Shown: positions 36,146-47,119 of the stretch, in pieces | Numbering within the stretch: position 1 is the stretch's first letter | Layout of the letters: the number at the start of each line of letters is the position of its first letter | Assembly: GCF_032062105.1 (NCBI RefSeq) | Contig: NW_026924048.1 | Span: 1-64,000 of the forward strand | DNA: 64,000 nt | Origin: Saccostrea cucullata | Taxonomy: Eukaryota | Direction: 5' to 3' | Notes under the pieces: model-generated | The model's database searches: none | The model's input: only the letters and a program-made list of their open reading frames with translations | What the model was told of the DNA's origin: nothing | Translations under genes and position numbers: made by a program

Positions 36146-37624
36146 AAATCAATGTGAAAATATTTCTACAATATGCAAAATTTCAGCAAATAATGAAAAT
36201 GGTAATTTTAGAAATTCACACCAGATAAAATTCTAAATAATTTCAAATATGCAAGGGAGGGTTGTTCTAAATGAACAAATGAAATATTGGGCTAATATAT
36301 TCGAAAATAACTTTCAATTCAGGAGGGTAGTTCACGTGTGGAACTTAAAAAATTTGGTATGCTATTTATAAACCTGAGAAACAAAAATAAATTTCTACTT
36401 CCGGTTACTTTACCTTACTTCCGGTCAAATGATTTGAGTATGCAAGTCACATAAGATTATAAATAAGAAAAGATTGATCAACACTAGGTTCTCAAATTTG
36501 CAAGTGCAAGTCTGGTTAAATTTCACTGAAAATAAGAAATATGCAAAGGGATTATGCCTAAAGAGTAAATGTATGCAATGTAATAAACCCAAACCTTACC
36601 TGGAAATCAATTACAAGTTTAAAGAAATAACAAACACCTAGAAAATAAACCAAATTTTAAAGTCAAACCCAAAACGTGTTTACACAGGAAGCTGCTTACT
36701 GAAAACAAATTTCGCGTAGGCCGAGCTCGATCGAAAATACGTAAACAAAAAAAAGAAACCGATCTCGATATAAATACGGGCGCAAAGGCGGCAAATTCAA
36801 AACACAAATTTATAAATACAGGGCAATGGGGAATATGGGATTTTAAAAGAGCTGTTTAACTATATTTTAGAACTAATTTAAATAACTATACACTACAAAC
36901 ACCAGGTGAATAATCCAACAACACAAAACACCACTGAGAATAAATCAAACTCTATAACCTTCACTCAACTTATTTACAAACTGACCTGCTATAAAATACC
37001 ACAGACTAAAACAACTATGTCTCGTCCGTAAACAGTCAAATGTCAAAAGGAATAGCAGCTAAATATTTAATAAGGTAATACCTGGGTAGGTTGAAGGGTA
37101 TAAGGGTATGTGCACTGTTAATTTACCACTTACCCATCCTGGCTCTCTTGCTTTCAGTCCAATAATAATTACTCAAATAAAAATAATGTGCACAGTATAT
37201 ACAAATATAACCCAAGCTAAGTAAGACGACAGACGGACAAACCAGTCATGACCAATAATCACTTATATACATATGCTAGCTAGCTACCTCAAAAATAATA
37301 AACATGCATGTATCTAAGAAAATCTTATCTAAAGAAAAACCTTATCAGTGTCTTTGGTTCCGGGTGCACCAGTCGAGTCGATGAAGCATGCATGCAGCTG
37401 AGAATCACTACACTGTCACTATCAGCTGATATCGTAAACACACAAATGTTCTGATCAGTCACGCGTGAAACTATGAAATCACATACAGTGTTCTGTGTTC
37501 ACTCTGAAGTGTCATGCACAAATCGCTGAATACTCCGGGTATCAGTCACAAATGACGTCTCCTGGGAATACCATCAGGGATGTACCACGCCCAGTCCTCT
37601 CCGTTCACTGCTGTGCCTCACTGT

Positions 37625-37642
37625 GTCCCTACATGGGCGCCA
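37625..37642 (-). other. Primer binding site, tRNA-Lys-like, left unit
   Basis: TGGCGCCCATGTAGGGAC, 3 nt from the LTR; 14/18 match to the tRNA-Lys3 PBS TGGCGCCCGAACAGGGAC. Confidence 0.85.
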
Positions 37643-37645
37643 AAT

Positions 37646-38724
37646 TGTAACAGGGGGTTGTGATGAAGAACAACACGTACTCCTCTGTCAGGGTTCAGGT
37701 CATATATTTATTCGACACAGTGAGCATAACAAATGTTAATGTTAACAGCCCTGAAATATAATAAAACAACAATATAATAACACATCAAATCAATCCTATT
37801 AATCATCTATACATGTAGCTCTCATAGTAACATATTCATAATGATATATTATAGATGATACAGATATATGTACATTTACTCTCAATTAAGGGAGATAACT
37901 CTTATAGTCAATATATGGACATTACATATTTTCTCCCATATAAAGGCATAAAAAATAGTACTAATTAAAACAAATAATTCCTCACCATTCTGTGGGAAAA
38001 GGCTTCCACAATGATATGGTGGTAACCGCTTTAATTAACATGTATATGGACTCTGTAATTTAATACAGTATACATTAAAATATATATTCCTTTAAAATAA
38101 AATCATCTGTTCACTTTGAACAAAGTTACCAAATATCTGGGTCATAAAAATATATGGTGTAACTTGAATATAACAATTTACACTTATAATATAATACATT
38201 ACTGATCTTTATAATCAATAATTCCAATCATAAAAATAACATCTTTCTCTCATGGTCATGACATTCAATTAATATGAAGTGAAATTGGGATCTTTAATAA
38301 ATGCAAATCTATGGAATAGACATATTACTTGACAATTAGTAATAAGGAAAGTTAGTACTTACCAGAAAATGGAATTTGTCAGTCTCCAAAAGTCAGTCAT
38401 GGAGTCCATAAAAACTCAGTCTTGTTCATTAACTCAACAAGACAAAGAATGAATATTTTGGCGGTAAAACCAATGACCATAAGAATAAAACCAATGAAAA
38501 TCAACTTGACAACCAAACTACCAATAAGAACCAATAACACTCCAAAACCTTTGAACTGCCCTAAGGTAACTAATTATCTATATACAGGTGTACAGGTAAA
38601 GGGCTAAGGATATAAAGGAGCAGATCAAGCTTTTTATACTTTTATCTATTCTGGTAGTTTAATTTATTTACATTAAATTTAAAACACTTATTTATTATAT
38701 ACGCATATTATACACACTACTACA
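37646..38724 (-). repeat. Gypsy shared middle LTR
   Basis: Flanked by the PBS of one unit and the PPT of the other; no TSD. Confidence 0.97.
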
Positions 38725-38734
38725 ACCTCCCCCT
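38725..38734 (-). other. Polypurine tract, right unit
   Basis: AGGGGGAGGT on the minus strand. Confidence 0.85.
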
Positions 38735-38827
38735 GGTTGCAGAATGACGTCCGCGTCATTCAACAGTGAGGTTTACGCCATAAAAAGTACGGATATCTAC
38801 AATGATACTAAAATACATACCTGGGTA

Positions 38828-41800
38828 TTACTGAGATGATGACACAATATTTAAAAGAGCTATCTGGCACAAATTAGAGTCTACACTCTGTAAAAGACCA
38901 TCTTTCATCATCTCTTTCAAAAAGTTGGCTCTACGTAACCAATCTGGTTCTGCTTTACCTTGCGTCATCATCACGTAATCTTTCGTCCAATCTGGGACCT
39001 TTCTTTGCCTTGTCGACTGCCGTGGAGCAGGAACTGGGGTGTCTTGCAAGGGTTCATCTTCATCTATGGAAGGCTCATCATCTTGCTCAACCACTTCATC
39101 TTCTTCTACGATCTGAACTTCTTCAACTTGATCATCATCACCTTCAGGCTGATTGGCAGGCTCCTGCTGCTGAAGAGCGTCCTCTTCTGAATCAGGTGCT
39201 GAAGCTTCTCCGGCCGAAGACAGGTCGTCACCCTCTTGACTGGAGGTCTCTGGTGGTGAATTCTTGGACACTATAGGGTTACCTATAAATGAAAATTCAC
39301 TCTCAGAATCTGAAATACAAAAAGAATCTTTTGTATTAATATCTTCAGGTTCATCTCTTTTATCTGCCTTCCTTCTTTGTCTAGGTTTGGGTACTGGAGG
39401 TGAGGATATAAACTTGGATCCTATTGGCAATAGTAGGTTACGATGTAGAACTCTACAACGTCCTTCGCCATCCTCTCGTCTCACCTTGAAAACAGGAATG
39501 TTCTTGTTTGGTTGGGATAGGATTTCATAAGGCACATCTTCCCACTTGTCTGAGATTTTGTGTTTTCCGTCGTAGGCTACAATCTTCACGAGCACTCTAT
39601 CCCCAACATTCAGTATAGCTGCTCTGGCCCTAATGTCATAATTGGACTTCTGTCTTTGCTGAGAGGACTTTATTGCTGTTTCCGCTTGCTTATACGCAAC
39701 TTGCAATCTTTTCCTCATCTCAGCAATATACTTGGTGGTACACTTGTCATCATCATAGGATCTAGACAGTCCAAAAATAACATCAACAGGCAGCTTCGGT
39801 TCTCTACCGAACATCAGGAAGAATGGTGTAAATCCTGTTGTGTCATTGACGGTAGAGTTGTATGCATGTACCAGGCTATTGATGTGTCGCTTCCAATCTG
39901 CTTTCTGGGAATTCTCTAAAGTTCTTAACATGGACAACAAGGTTCTGTTAAATCTCTCTGTTATTCCATTTCCCATTGGATGGTATGGAGTGGTCCTGGA
40001 CTTGGAAATGCCTAAAAGTAAACATAATTCTTTAATAATATTGCTACAAAAATTTGTACCTTGATCAGAGTGTAATTTCTCAGGAATTCCATAATGAATG
40101 ATGAAATTGTTGAAAATGGCTTCTGCTGTCGTCCTAGCTGTTTGGTTCTTTGTTGGAACTGCAATGGAAAATTTAGTAAAATGATCTGTAATAACTAAAA
40201 TATTCTGAATGCCTCCTTTTGATGGTTCCAAAGTAAGGTAGTCCATGCATACTAACTCTAACGGCTGAGATGTAGTGATGTTAACTAGTTCTGTCTTCTC
40301 AGCTGGCCTCTTACTCTTGGTGCATCTCTCACAATTCTCAATCCAAGTTGTGACATCCTTCTGCATTCTCGGCCAATAAAACCTTTGTCGTACCAATGAT
40401 AAAGTCTTATCACGGCCTAGATGTCCCATCTTATTGTGGAGATACTTTAGTACTGTTGGAATAGATGAGGCTGGGATTATGTGCTGTTCAAGTGTGTTCC
40501 CCTCGTTCTTAACTTCTCGTATCAAAAATCCATCCTTTATCTTCAGTTTTGAGAAGTTCCTGTGAAAAATAAGGTCATTTTCAGTCTGGAGTAAGTTCTT
40601 TCTAGGTCGAACTCCTGTGAGAACTTGCTGCTTCCAATAAGAGATAGTAGTATCATCATCTTGGAGTGCAACAATATCAAAATGGTCTCCAGGTTCACTG
40701 ACAGGTTGCATAAACTGGCATATCTCTTCATCTACACAAAGTGTCTCTGCATAAGGTTGACCTATCTGGCATATGGCTTTGATGGATTCTGAAGAAATGG
40801 TCTCTGTTTGATTCAGTCTGGATAAGCTGTCTGCATCAATATTACTTTTACCTGGTTTGTAAAGAATTTTGAAATTGTAACCTGCCAAAGAAGAAATCCA
40901 ACGATGTCCTGTCGCGTCCAATTTCGCACTGCTTAATACGTAGGTAAGGGGATTGTTATCGGTGAAAACTGTGAATTCTTTTCCTTGGAGATAATCTGCA
41001 AACTTTTCAGTGACTGCCCATTTTAATGCCAGAAACTCGAGTTTATGTGTAGGGTAATTTTTCTCCGAGCGGCTTAATCCACGACTGGCATATGCAATAA
41101 CTCTGTCCGACCCATTTTGCGTTTGGTACAATACTGCTCCCAATCCAGTTTGGCAGGCATCTGTGTGCAGCTTAAAAGGTATGCTGAAATCTGGATAAGC
41201 TAATATGGGTGGAGTTGTAAGTTTTTCTTTAAGGATGTCGAATGCCACTTGTTGCTCTTGATTCCATTTCCATTTTGGGTCTATCTTTTGCTTGCTGTTA
41301 CTTCTAGGTTTCTTTCCTACAGCCATTACATCTATCAGTGGTCTAGCAATTTTGGCAAAATCTTTAATGAATTTCCTGTAGTAGCCAGCAAAACCTAAAA
41401 ACTGTCGAACCTGTTCTGCATTAATTGGTACTGGCCAGTTTTTTACCTTGGAAATTTTGTCTGGGTCTAGCTCAACCCCATCCTTGGAGACAATATGTCC
41501 CACATACTTAACCCTACTCATAAGAAAAGAACATTTTTTAGGAGAAAGTTTAAGTCCATAATCCCTAATTCGCTGAAAAACCTGTTGTAGTCGATCAAGA
41601 TGTTGCCTAAAAGTTGAAGAAAATATAATTAGATCGTCTAAGTAAATAAAACAAATTTTGAGGTGAAGGTCTCCTAAACATTCTTCTTGTAGCCGTTGGT
41701 AGGTGGCTGGGGCGTTCGCTAAACCAAAACTCATCTTGTTGAATTCGTAGAAACCTAGGGGTCCCACTGTGAATGCAGTTCTCTCTTTATGATGTTCCTC

Positions 41801-43201
41801 AATCTCGATCTGGTGGTAGCCGGACTTCATGTCAAGGACACTGAAGTAAGTATTACCGGAGAGGGAATCCAAGATTTCTTCAATCCTCGGTAGTGCATAA
41901 TTGTCCTTTATGGTCCTTGCATTAAGTTGTCTGTAGTCAACGCAGAGGCGTAGTGAGCCATCACTTTTGCGGACTAACACCACATTCGATGAAAAGGGAG
42001 AATGGGATGGTCTTATTATCCCTGCAGCCAACAGATCTTTAATATGGGACCGCACTTCCTCTATCATGGCTGGTGGTACTCTACGATATTTCTGCTTAAA
42101 TGGTGTCTCATCGGATAATTCAATGCGGTGCTTTACTTTATCCGTTGTCCCTATATCTGTATCACCAGTAGAAAAGATGTCTTGATAGGATTCTATTAAG
42201 TCTCTGCAAGCCTGTTTCTCTTCTTCAGTAATGTCGTCTGGTAAATGGATCTTACTTAGTATCCTCTCCAACTCAGGTGATGATGCTGGTTCACTCTTGG
42301 AAAATTTACCAGTATCCTCTATGACTACAGGCTGGATCTCACATATGATGGCTTTAGGTGAAATGGAAATGGTTCTCGTAGTGATATTGCTGATGGTGAC
42401 AGGCAACAGCTGATGTTCGTCATACATGTACTGGTGTAGTGTTGCCTCTATATCAACATCATCTGGTATGCATGATCTTGAAGACTGGTGCATCATAACA
42501 GTAACTTGCTGATATGGAATCTTCTTATCAACATATCCTGTGATGGTGGTGTTACTGTTTGGTGGAATCACGATTCTTGTTGTTTCTGCACTTTTCACCA
42601 GTCCTAAGGCATATCCATTTTTCTGTAAGTCTCTTTCTCTAAGTACTATACTACGGAAGGCTAAGTACCATGGTGTCTGGATAGCGACTTCCTGTAAAAA
42701 TCTCGAACCATGTTCCTCTCTCGTGACATCAATAAGACTCTGTAAGATGTTTGTCCCTATGAGAACAGGTACATGGGAGTTGTAAGTACTATTGGGTACA
42801 ATCAGAAAAAAGCAGTCATGTAATTGGTCTAATCCAGGGATGCCGAATGGTGTCAGGTTAACACTGACATATCCGAGGTAAGGCATGAGTTGTCCATCCG
42901 CACATTCTATTCTTATGGCTTCTTCTATTGGATGTAACTCCGCATCTCTACTTAAATTCTGGTAATAAAAAGCTTCACTGATGGTCGAGACTGTAGCTCC
43001 TGTGTCAATAAGTGCGGTACATATTACATCATTGATGGACACTCTAATCTCATTTGATGATCCGATTATTGGAACTTTGGGACTCCTTGTTCGCTTGCCA
43101 ACCCCTTGTCCCCAGACGCTGGCTTCTTGGAGTTTAAATGAGCCCTTCTGTGATCCATTCGGACTCGGCATCCAATGGCTATGTGACCCTTCTGTCCACA
43201 T
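38828..43201 (-). CDS. pol: Gypsy Pol polyprotein, right unit
   Basis: As the left unit but with the more canonical LDMKSGYHQ and DHFTKF. Confidence 0.97.
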   Translation of the reverse strand: MWTEGSHSHWMPSPNGSQKGSFKLQEASVWGQGVGKRTRSPKVPIIGSSNEIRVSINDVICTALIDTGATVSTISEAFYYQNLSRDAELHPIEEAIRIECADGQLMPYLGYVSVNLTPFGIPGLDQLHDCFFLIVPNSTYNSHVPVLIGTNILQSLIDVTREEHGSRFLQEVAIQTPWYLAFRSIVLRERDLQKNGYALGLVKSAETTRIVIPPNSNTTITGYVDKKIPYQQVTVMMHQSSRSCIPDDVDIEATLHQYMYDEHQLLPVTISNITTRTISISPKAIICEIQPVVIEDTGKFSKSEPASSPELERILSKIHLPDDITEEEKQACRDLIESYQDIFSTGDTDIGTTDKVKHRIELSDETPFKQKYRRVPPAMIEEVRSHIKDLLAAGIIRPSHSPFSSNVVLVRKSDGSLRLCVDYRQLNARTIKDNYALPRIEEILDSLSGNTYFSVLDMKSGYHQIEIEEHHKERTAFTVGPLGFYEFNKMSFGLANAPATYQRLQEECLGDLHLKICFIYLDDLIIFSSTFRQHLDRLQQVFQRIRDYGLKLSPKKCSFLMSRVKYVGHIVSKDGVELDPDKISKVKNWPVPINAEQVRQFLGFAGYYRKFIKDFAKIARPLIDVMAVGKKPRSNSKQKIDPKWKWNQEQQVAFDILKEKLTTPPILAYPDFSIPFKLHTDACQTGLGAVLYQTQNGSDRVIAYASRGLSRSEKNYPTHKLEFLALKWAVTEKFADYLQGKEFTVFTDNNPLTYVLSSAKLDATGHRWISSLAGYNFKILYKPGKSNIDADSLSRLNQTETISSESIKAICQIGQPYAETLCVDEEICQFMQPVSEPGDHFDIVALQDDDTTISYWKQQVLTGVRPRKNLLQTENDLIFHRNFSKLKIKDGFLIREVKNEGNTLEQHIIPASSIPTVLKYLHNKMGHLGRDKTLSLVRQRFYWPRMQKDVTTWIENCERCTKSKRPAEKTELVNITTSQPLELVCMDYLTLEPSKGGIQNILVITDHFTKFSIAVPTKNQTARTTAEAIFNNFIIHYGIPEKLHSDQGTNFCSNIIKELCLLLGISKSRTTPYHPMGNGITERFNRTLLSMLRTLENSQKADWKRHINSLVHAYNSTVNDTTGFTPFFLMFGREPKLPVDVIFGLSRSYDDDKCTTKYIAEMRKRLQVAYKQAETAIKSSQQRQKSNYDIRARAAILNVGDRVLVKIVAYDGKHKISDKWEDVPYEILSQPNKNIPVFKVRREDGEGRCRVLHRNLLLPIGSKFISSPPVPKPRQRRKADKRDEPEDINTKDSFCISDSESEFSFIGNPIVSKNSPPETSSQEGDDLSSAGEASAPDSEEDALQQQEPANQPEGDDDQVEEVQIVEEDEVVEQDDEPSIDEDEPLQDTPVPAPRQSTRQRKVPDWTKDYVMMTQGKAEPDWLRRANFLKEMMKDGLLQSVDSNLCQIALLNIVSSSQ

Positions 43202-44295
43202 TTATAACAGGTAGGGGCTTCATACTCGTACCTCGGTGTATCTGACACAACATCTGACTGAGGCATCCTAACTGACTGACTAGGAAATCCCCTATAATTT
43301 CCTCGTCTTCTTCCTCGTTGGAAGGACGGCCTTACTGGTCTGTACTGCTGAGGCATCTGTGGGTTGTAGCTATAACCGTAGTGTTGCTTCATTCCCCTAA
43401 CCTCACTACTCAGTTGTTGAATCTGTGCTTCAAGAGATTCAAAGCTCTTTGTTGACGGATCCACAGGGACTGCTGACTTTACAGTTGGTAGCTTCTTTTT
43501 CTCACTGGGTGGCTGATGCTCCAATTCCACCTTCCTAACTGCAGCTCTTAAACTGTCAAATGTAAGGCACTTGTCATATAAATGACCACAAATGTCCTTC
43601 AATGTTGGGCGTAGTCCTTTAAAGAACATGGTACGCAGCATTTGTTGGGATTCATGGTATCCAACTAATCCTTTCTGTTGTGCTTTACTGATTATATCCT
43701 CTAAGCGACAACTCCATCTAGCACACTCTTCGTCCTCTTTCTGATGGGCACTACAAAATTCTGCTAAGATGTCCTCTTTCTCAGACACGGTTCCATATAT
43801 GCTGTCGAGTTTGTTGATAATAGCCTCAATGGAAGCTCCTGGGCCAAGATGCATAACGACTCGACTTGCCTCTCCTTTCAGAGAACGTCGTATGGCATGA
43901 TGAATAGCTTCTGGCTTGCACGACTCTCTAAGCAGGCACTCAACCTCGTATTTCCATACGTCATAGGATGTGTCAGTCTTGGTGTTTCCAGAGAAGAAGG
44001 AAATCTTTGGATAATGAAAGTTGTCCACTGATTTTGATTCTGTTGTGATAGGACTAGCATAATGGTGCTCCATTTTCACTTCCGTTGGCTTAGTCATGGA
44101 TTCCATCCACTGCAAGAAATCTTGTGGAGTGTCGGCTTTCGGCTTCATCTTCATTGATGCTAGCGCGTCTACAATGTTGTTCACTTCCGTCTGCGTAAAG
44201 GTTACTTCCTCTTGCTGTGTTGTTTCTGTTGTCTCCTTGGTGTTCGACATGATGATGAATGTGATAGTAAACAGTAAACAATAAACTAAGTTCAT
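43066..44295 (-). CDS. gag: Gypsy Gag, PNMA-like plus CCHC, right unit (probable start ATG 44250)
   Basis: As the left unit except HYASPITTESKSVDNF and one S/N change. Confidence 0.95.
   Translation of the reverse strand: MNLVYCLLFTITFIIMSNTKETTETTQQEEVTFTQTEVNNIVDALASMKMKPKADTPQDFLQWMESMTKPTEVKMEHHYASPITTESKSVDNFHYPKISFFSGNTKTDTSYDVWKYEVECLLRESCKPEAIHHAIRRSLKGEASRVVMHLGPGASIEAIINKLDSIYGTVSEKEDILAEFCSAHQKEDEECARWSCRLEDIISKAQQKGLVGYHESQQMLRTMFFKGLRPTLKDICGHLYDKCLTFDSLRAAVRKVELEHQPPSEKKKLPTVKSAVPVDPSTKSFESLEAQIQQLSSEVRGMKQHYGYSYNPQMPQQYRPVRPSFQRGRRRGNYRGFPSQSVRMPQSDVVSDTPRYEYEAPTCYKCGQKGHIAIGCRVRMDHRRAHLNSKKPASGDKGLASEQGVPKFQ
43075..43138 (-). promoter_or_regulatory. -1 ribosomal frameshift signal, right unit
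   Basis: TTTAAAC at 43138-43132 with the same downstream structure. Confidence 0.85.
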
Positions 44296-45774
44296 AAATC
44301 AATGTGAAAATATTTCTACAATGTGCAAAATTTCAGCAAATAATGAAAATGGTAAATTTAGAAATTCACACCAGATAAAATTCTAAATAATTTCAAATAT
44401 GCAAGGGAGGGTTGTTCTAAATGAACAAATGAAATATTGGGCTAATATATTCGAAAATAACTTTCAATTCAGGAGGGTAGTTCACGTGTGGAACTTAAAA
44501 AATTTGGTATGCTATTTATAAACCTGAGAAACAAAAATAAATTTCTACTTCCGGTTACTTTACCTTACTTCCGGTCAAATGATTTGAGTATGCAAGTCAC
44601 ATAAGATTATAAATAAGAAAAGATTGATCAACACTAGGTTCTCAAATTTGCAAGTGCAAGTCTGGTTAAATTTCACTGAAAATAAGAAATATGCAAAGGG
44701 ATTATGCCTAAAGAGTAAATGTATGCAATGTAATAAACCCAAACCTTACCTGGAAATCAATTACAAGTTTAAAGAAATAACAAACACCTAGAAAATAAAC
44801 CAAATTTTAAAGTCAAACCCAAAACGTGTTTACACAGGAAGCTGCTTACTGAAAACAAATTTCGCGTAGGCCGAGCTCGATCGAAAATACGTAAACAAAA
44901 AAAAGAAACCGATCTCGATATAAATACGGGCGCAAAGGCGGCAAATTCAAAACACAAATTTATAAATACAGGGCAATGGGGAATATGGGATTTTAAAAGA
45001 GCTGTTTAACTATATTTTAGAACTAATTTAAATAACTATACACTACAAACACCAGGTGAATAATCCAACAACACAAAACACCACTGAGAATAAATCAAAC
45101 TCTATAACCTTCACTCAACTTATTTACAAACTGACCTGCTATAAAATACCACAGACTAAAACAACTATGTCTCGTCCGTAAACAGTCAAATGTCAAAAGG
45201 AATAGCAGTTAAATATTTAATAAGGTAATACCTGGGTAGGTTGAAGGGTATAAGGGTATGTGCACTGTTAATTTACCACTTACCCATCCTGGCTCTCTTG
45301 CTTTCAGTCCAATAATAATTACTCAAATAAAAATAATGTGCACAGTATATACAAATATAACCCAAGCTAAGTAAGACGACAGACGGACAAACCAGTCATG
45401 ACCAATAATCACTTATATACATATGCTAGCTAGCTACCTCAAAAATAATAAACATGCATGTATCTAAGAAAATCTTATCTAAAGAAAAACCTTATCAGTG
45501 TCTTTGGTTCCGGGTGCACCAGTCGAGTCGATGAAGCATGCATGCAGCTGAGAATCACTACACTGTCACTATCAGCTGATATCGTAAACACACAAATGTT
45601 CTGATCAGTCACGCGTGAAACTATGAAATCACATACAGTGTTCTGTGTTCACTCTGAAGTGTCATGCACAAATCGCTGAATACTCCGGGTATCAGTCACA
45701 AATGACGTCTCCTGGGAATACCATCAGGGATGTACCACGCCCAGTCCTCTCCGTTCACTGCTGTGCCTCACTGT

Positions 45775-45792
45775 GTCCCTACATGGGCGCCA
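45775..45792 (-). other. Primer binding site, tRNA-Lys-like, right unit
   Basis: TGGCGCCCATGTAGGGAC next to the 5' LTR. Confidence 0.85.
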
Positions 45793-45795
45793 AAT

Positions 45796-46874
45796 TGTAA
45801 CAGGGGGTTGTGATGAAGAACAACACGTACTCCTCTGTCAGGGTTCAGGTCATATATTTATTCGACACAGTGAGCGTAACAAATGTTAATGTTAACAGCC
45901 ATGAAATATAATAAAACAACAATATAATAACACATCAAATCAATCCTATTAATCATCTATACATGTAGCTCTCATAGTAACATATTCATAATGATATATT
46001 ATAGATGATACAGATATATGTACATTTACTCTCAATTAAGGGAGATAACTCTTATAGTCAATATATGGACATTACATATTTTCTCCCATATAAAGGCATA
46101 AAAAATAGTACTAATTAAAACAAATAATTCCTCACCATTCTGTGGGAAAAGGCTTCCACAATGATATGGTGGTAACCGCTTTAATTAACATGTATATGGA
46201 CTCTGTAATTTAATACAGTATACATTAAAATATATATTCTTTTAAAATAAAATCATCTGTTCACTTTGAACAAAGTTACCAAATATCTGGGTCATAAAAA
46301 TATATGGTGTAACTTGAATATAACAATTTACACTTATAATATAATACATTACTGATCTTTATAATCAATAATTCCAATCATAAAAATAACATCTTTCTCT
46401 CATGGTCATGACATTCAATTAATATGAAGTGAAATTGGGATCTTTAATAAATGCAAATCTATGGAATAGACATATTACTTGACAATTAGTAATAAGGAAA
46501 GTTAGTACTTACCAGAAAATGGAATTTGTCAGTCTCCAAAAGTCAGTCATGGAGTCCATAAAAACTCAGTCTTGGTCATTAACTCAACAAGACAAAGAAT
46601 GAATATTTTGGCGGTAAAACCAATGACCATAAGAATAAAACCAATGAAAATCAACTTGACAACCAAACTACCAATAAGAACCAATAACACTCCAAAACCT
46701 TTGAACTGCCCTAAGGTAACTAATTATCTATATACAGGTGTACAGGTAAAGGGCTAAGGATATAAAGGAGCAGATCAAGCTTTTTATACTTTTATCTATT
46801 CTGGTAGTTTAATTTATTTACATTAAATTTAAAACATTTATTTATTATATACGCATATTATACACACTACTACA
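45796..46874 (-). repeat. Gypsy 5' LTR
   Basis: Third LTR copy; followed on the plus strand by the AATT TSD. Confidence 0.97.
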
Positions 46875-47119
46875 AATTTATTGTACATCTCGTAAATGAA
46901 AAATCCATATTGTGAACATTTTATCCTTTTCATCGTTATTAACTAAGAAATATTCCAAAGCAAGTTGCACTGTGACAGAAATATGTATACAAAATATCAC
47001 CTCGCTCTGTGATTCGGTCGCGCTATGACCTCTGACCCCCAAATGAAATTAACGCAGAATTAAACACATTTTCACTTCAATAGGTTCACCTAAGAAATAT
47101 ATTTGCAAATGTAAATTAT

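Larger units (their letters stand above)
29496..46874 (-). mobile_element. Three-LTR tandem Ty3/Gypsy retrotransposon (two 8150-bp units sharing a middle LTR)
   Basis: TG...CA LTRs at 29496, 37646 and 45796; AATT TSD only at the outer ends (29492-29495, 46875-46878); each unit has PBS, gag, pol (PR-RT-RH-IN) and PPT. Confidence 0.97.
28956..47119. mobile_element. ~780-bp hairpin element (28956-29495 plus 46879-47119) split by the Gypsy tandem
   Basis: The whole interval is absent from the paralogous copy near 55536; starts with a 163-bp palindrome (28957-29119) with central GAAGCCCGAAGGGCTTC; no clear TSD. Confidence 0.7.

Noticed and set aside
29496-46874. Tandem as a pure assembly duplication
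   Set aside because: The units differ at about 30 sites with synonymous bias and a clustered patch, and junctions are exact at PBS, LTR and PPT. Not fully excluded without long reads.
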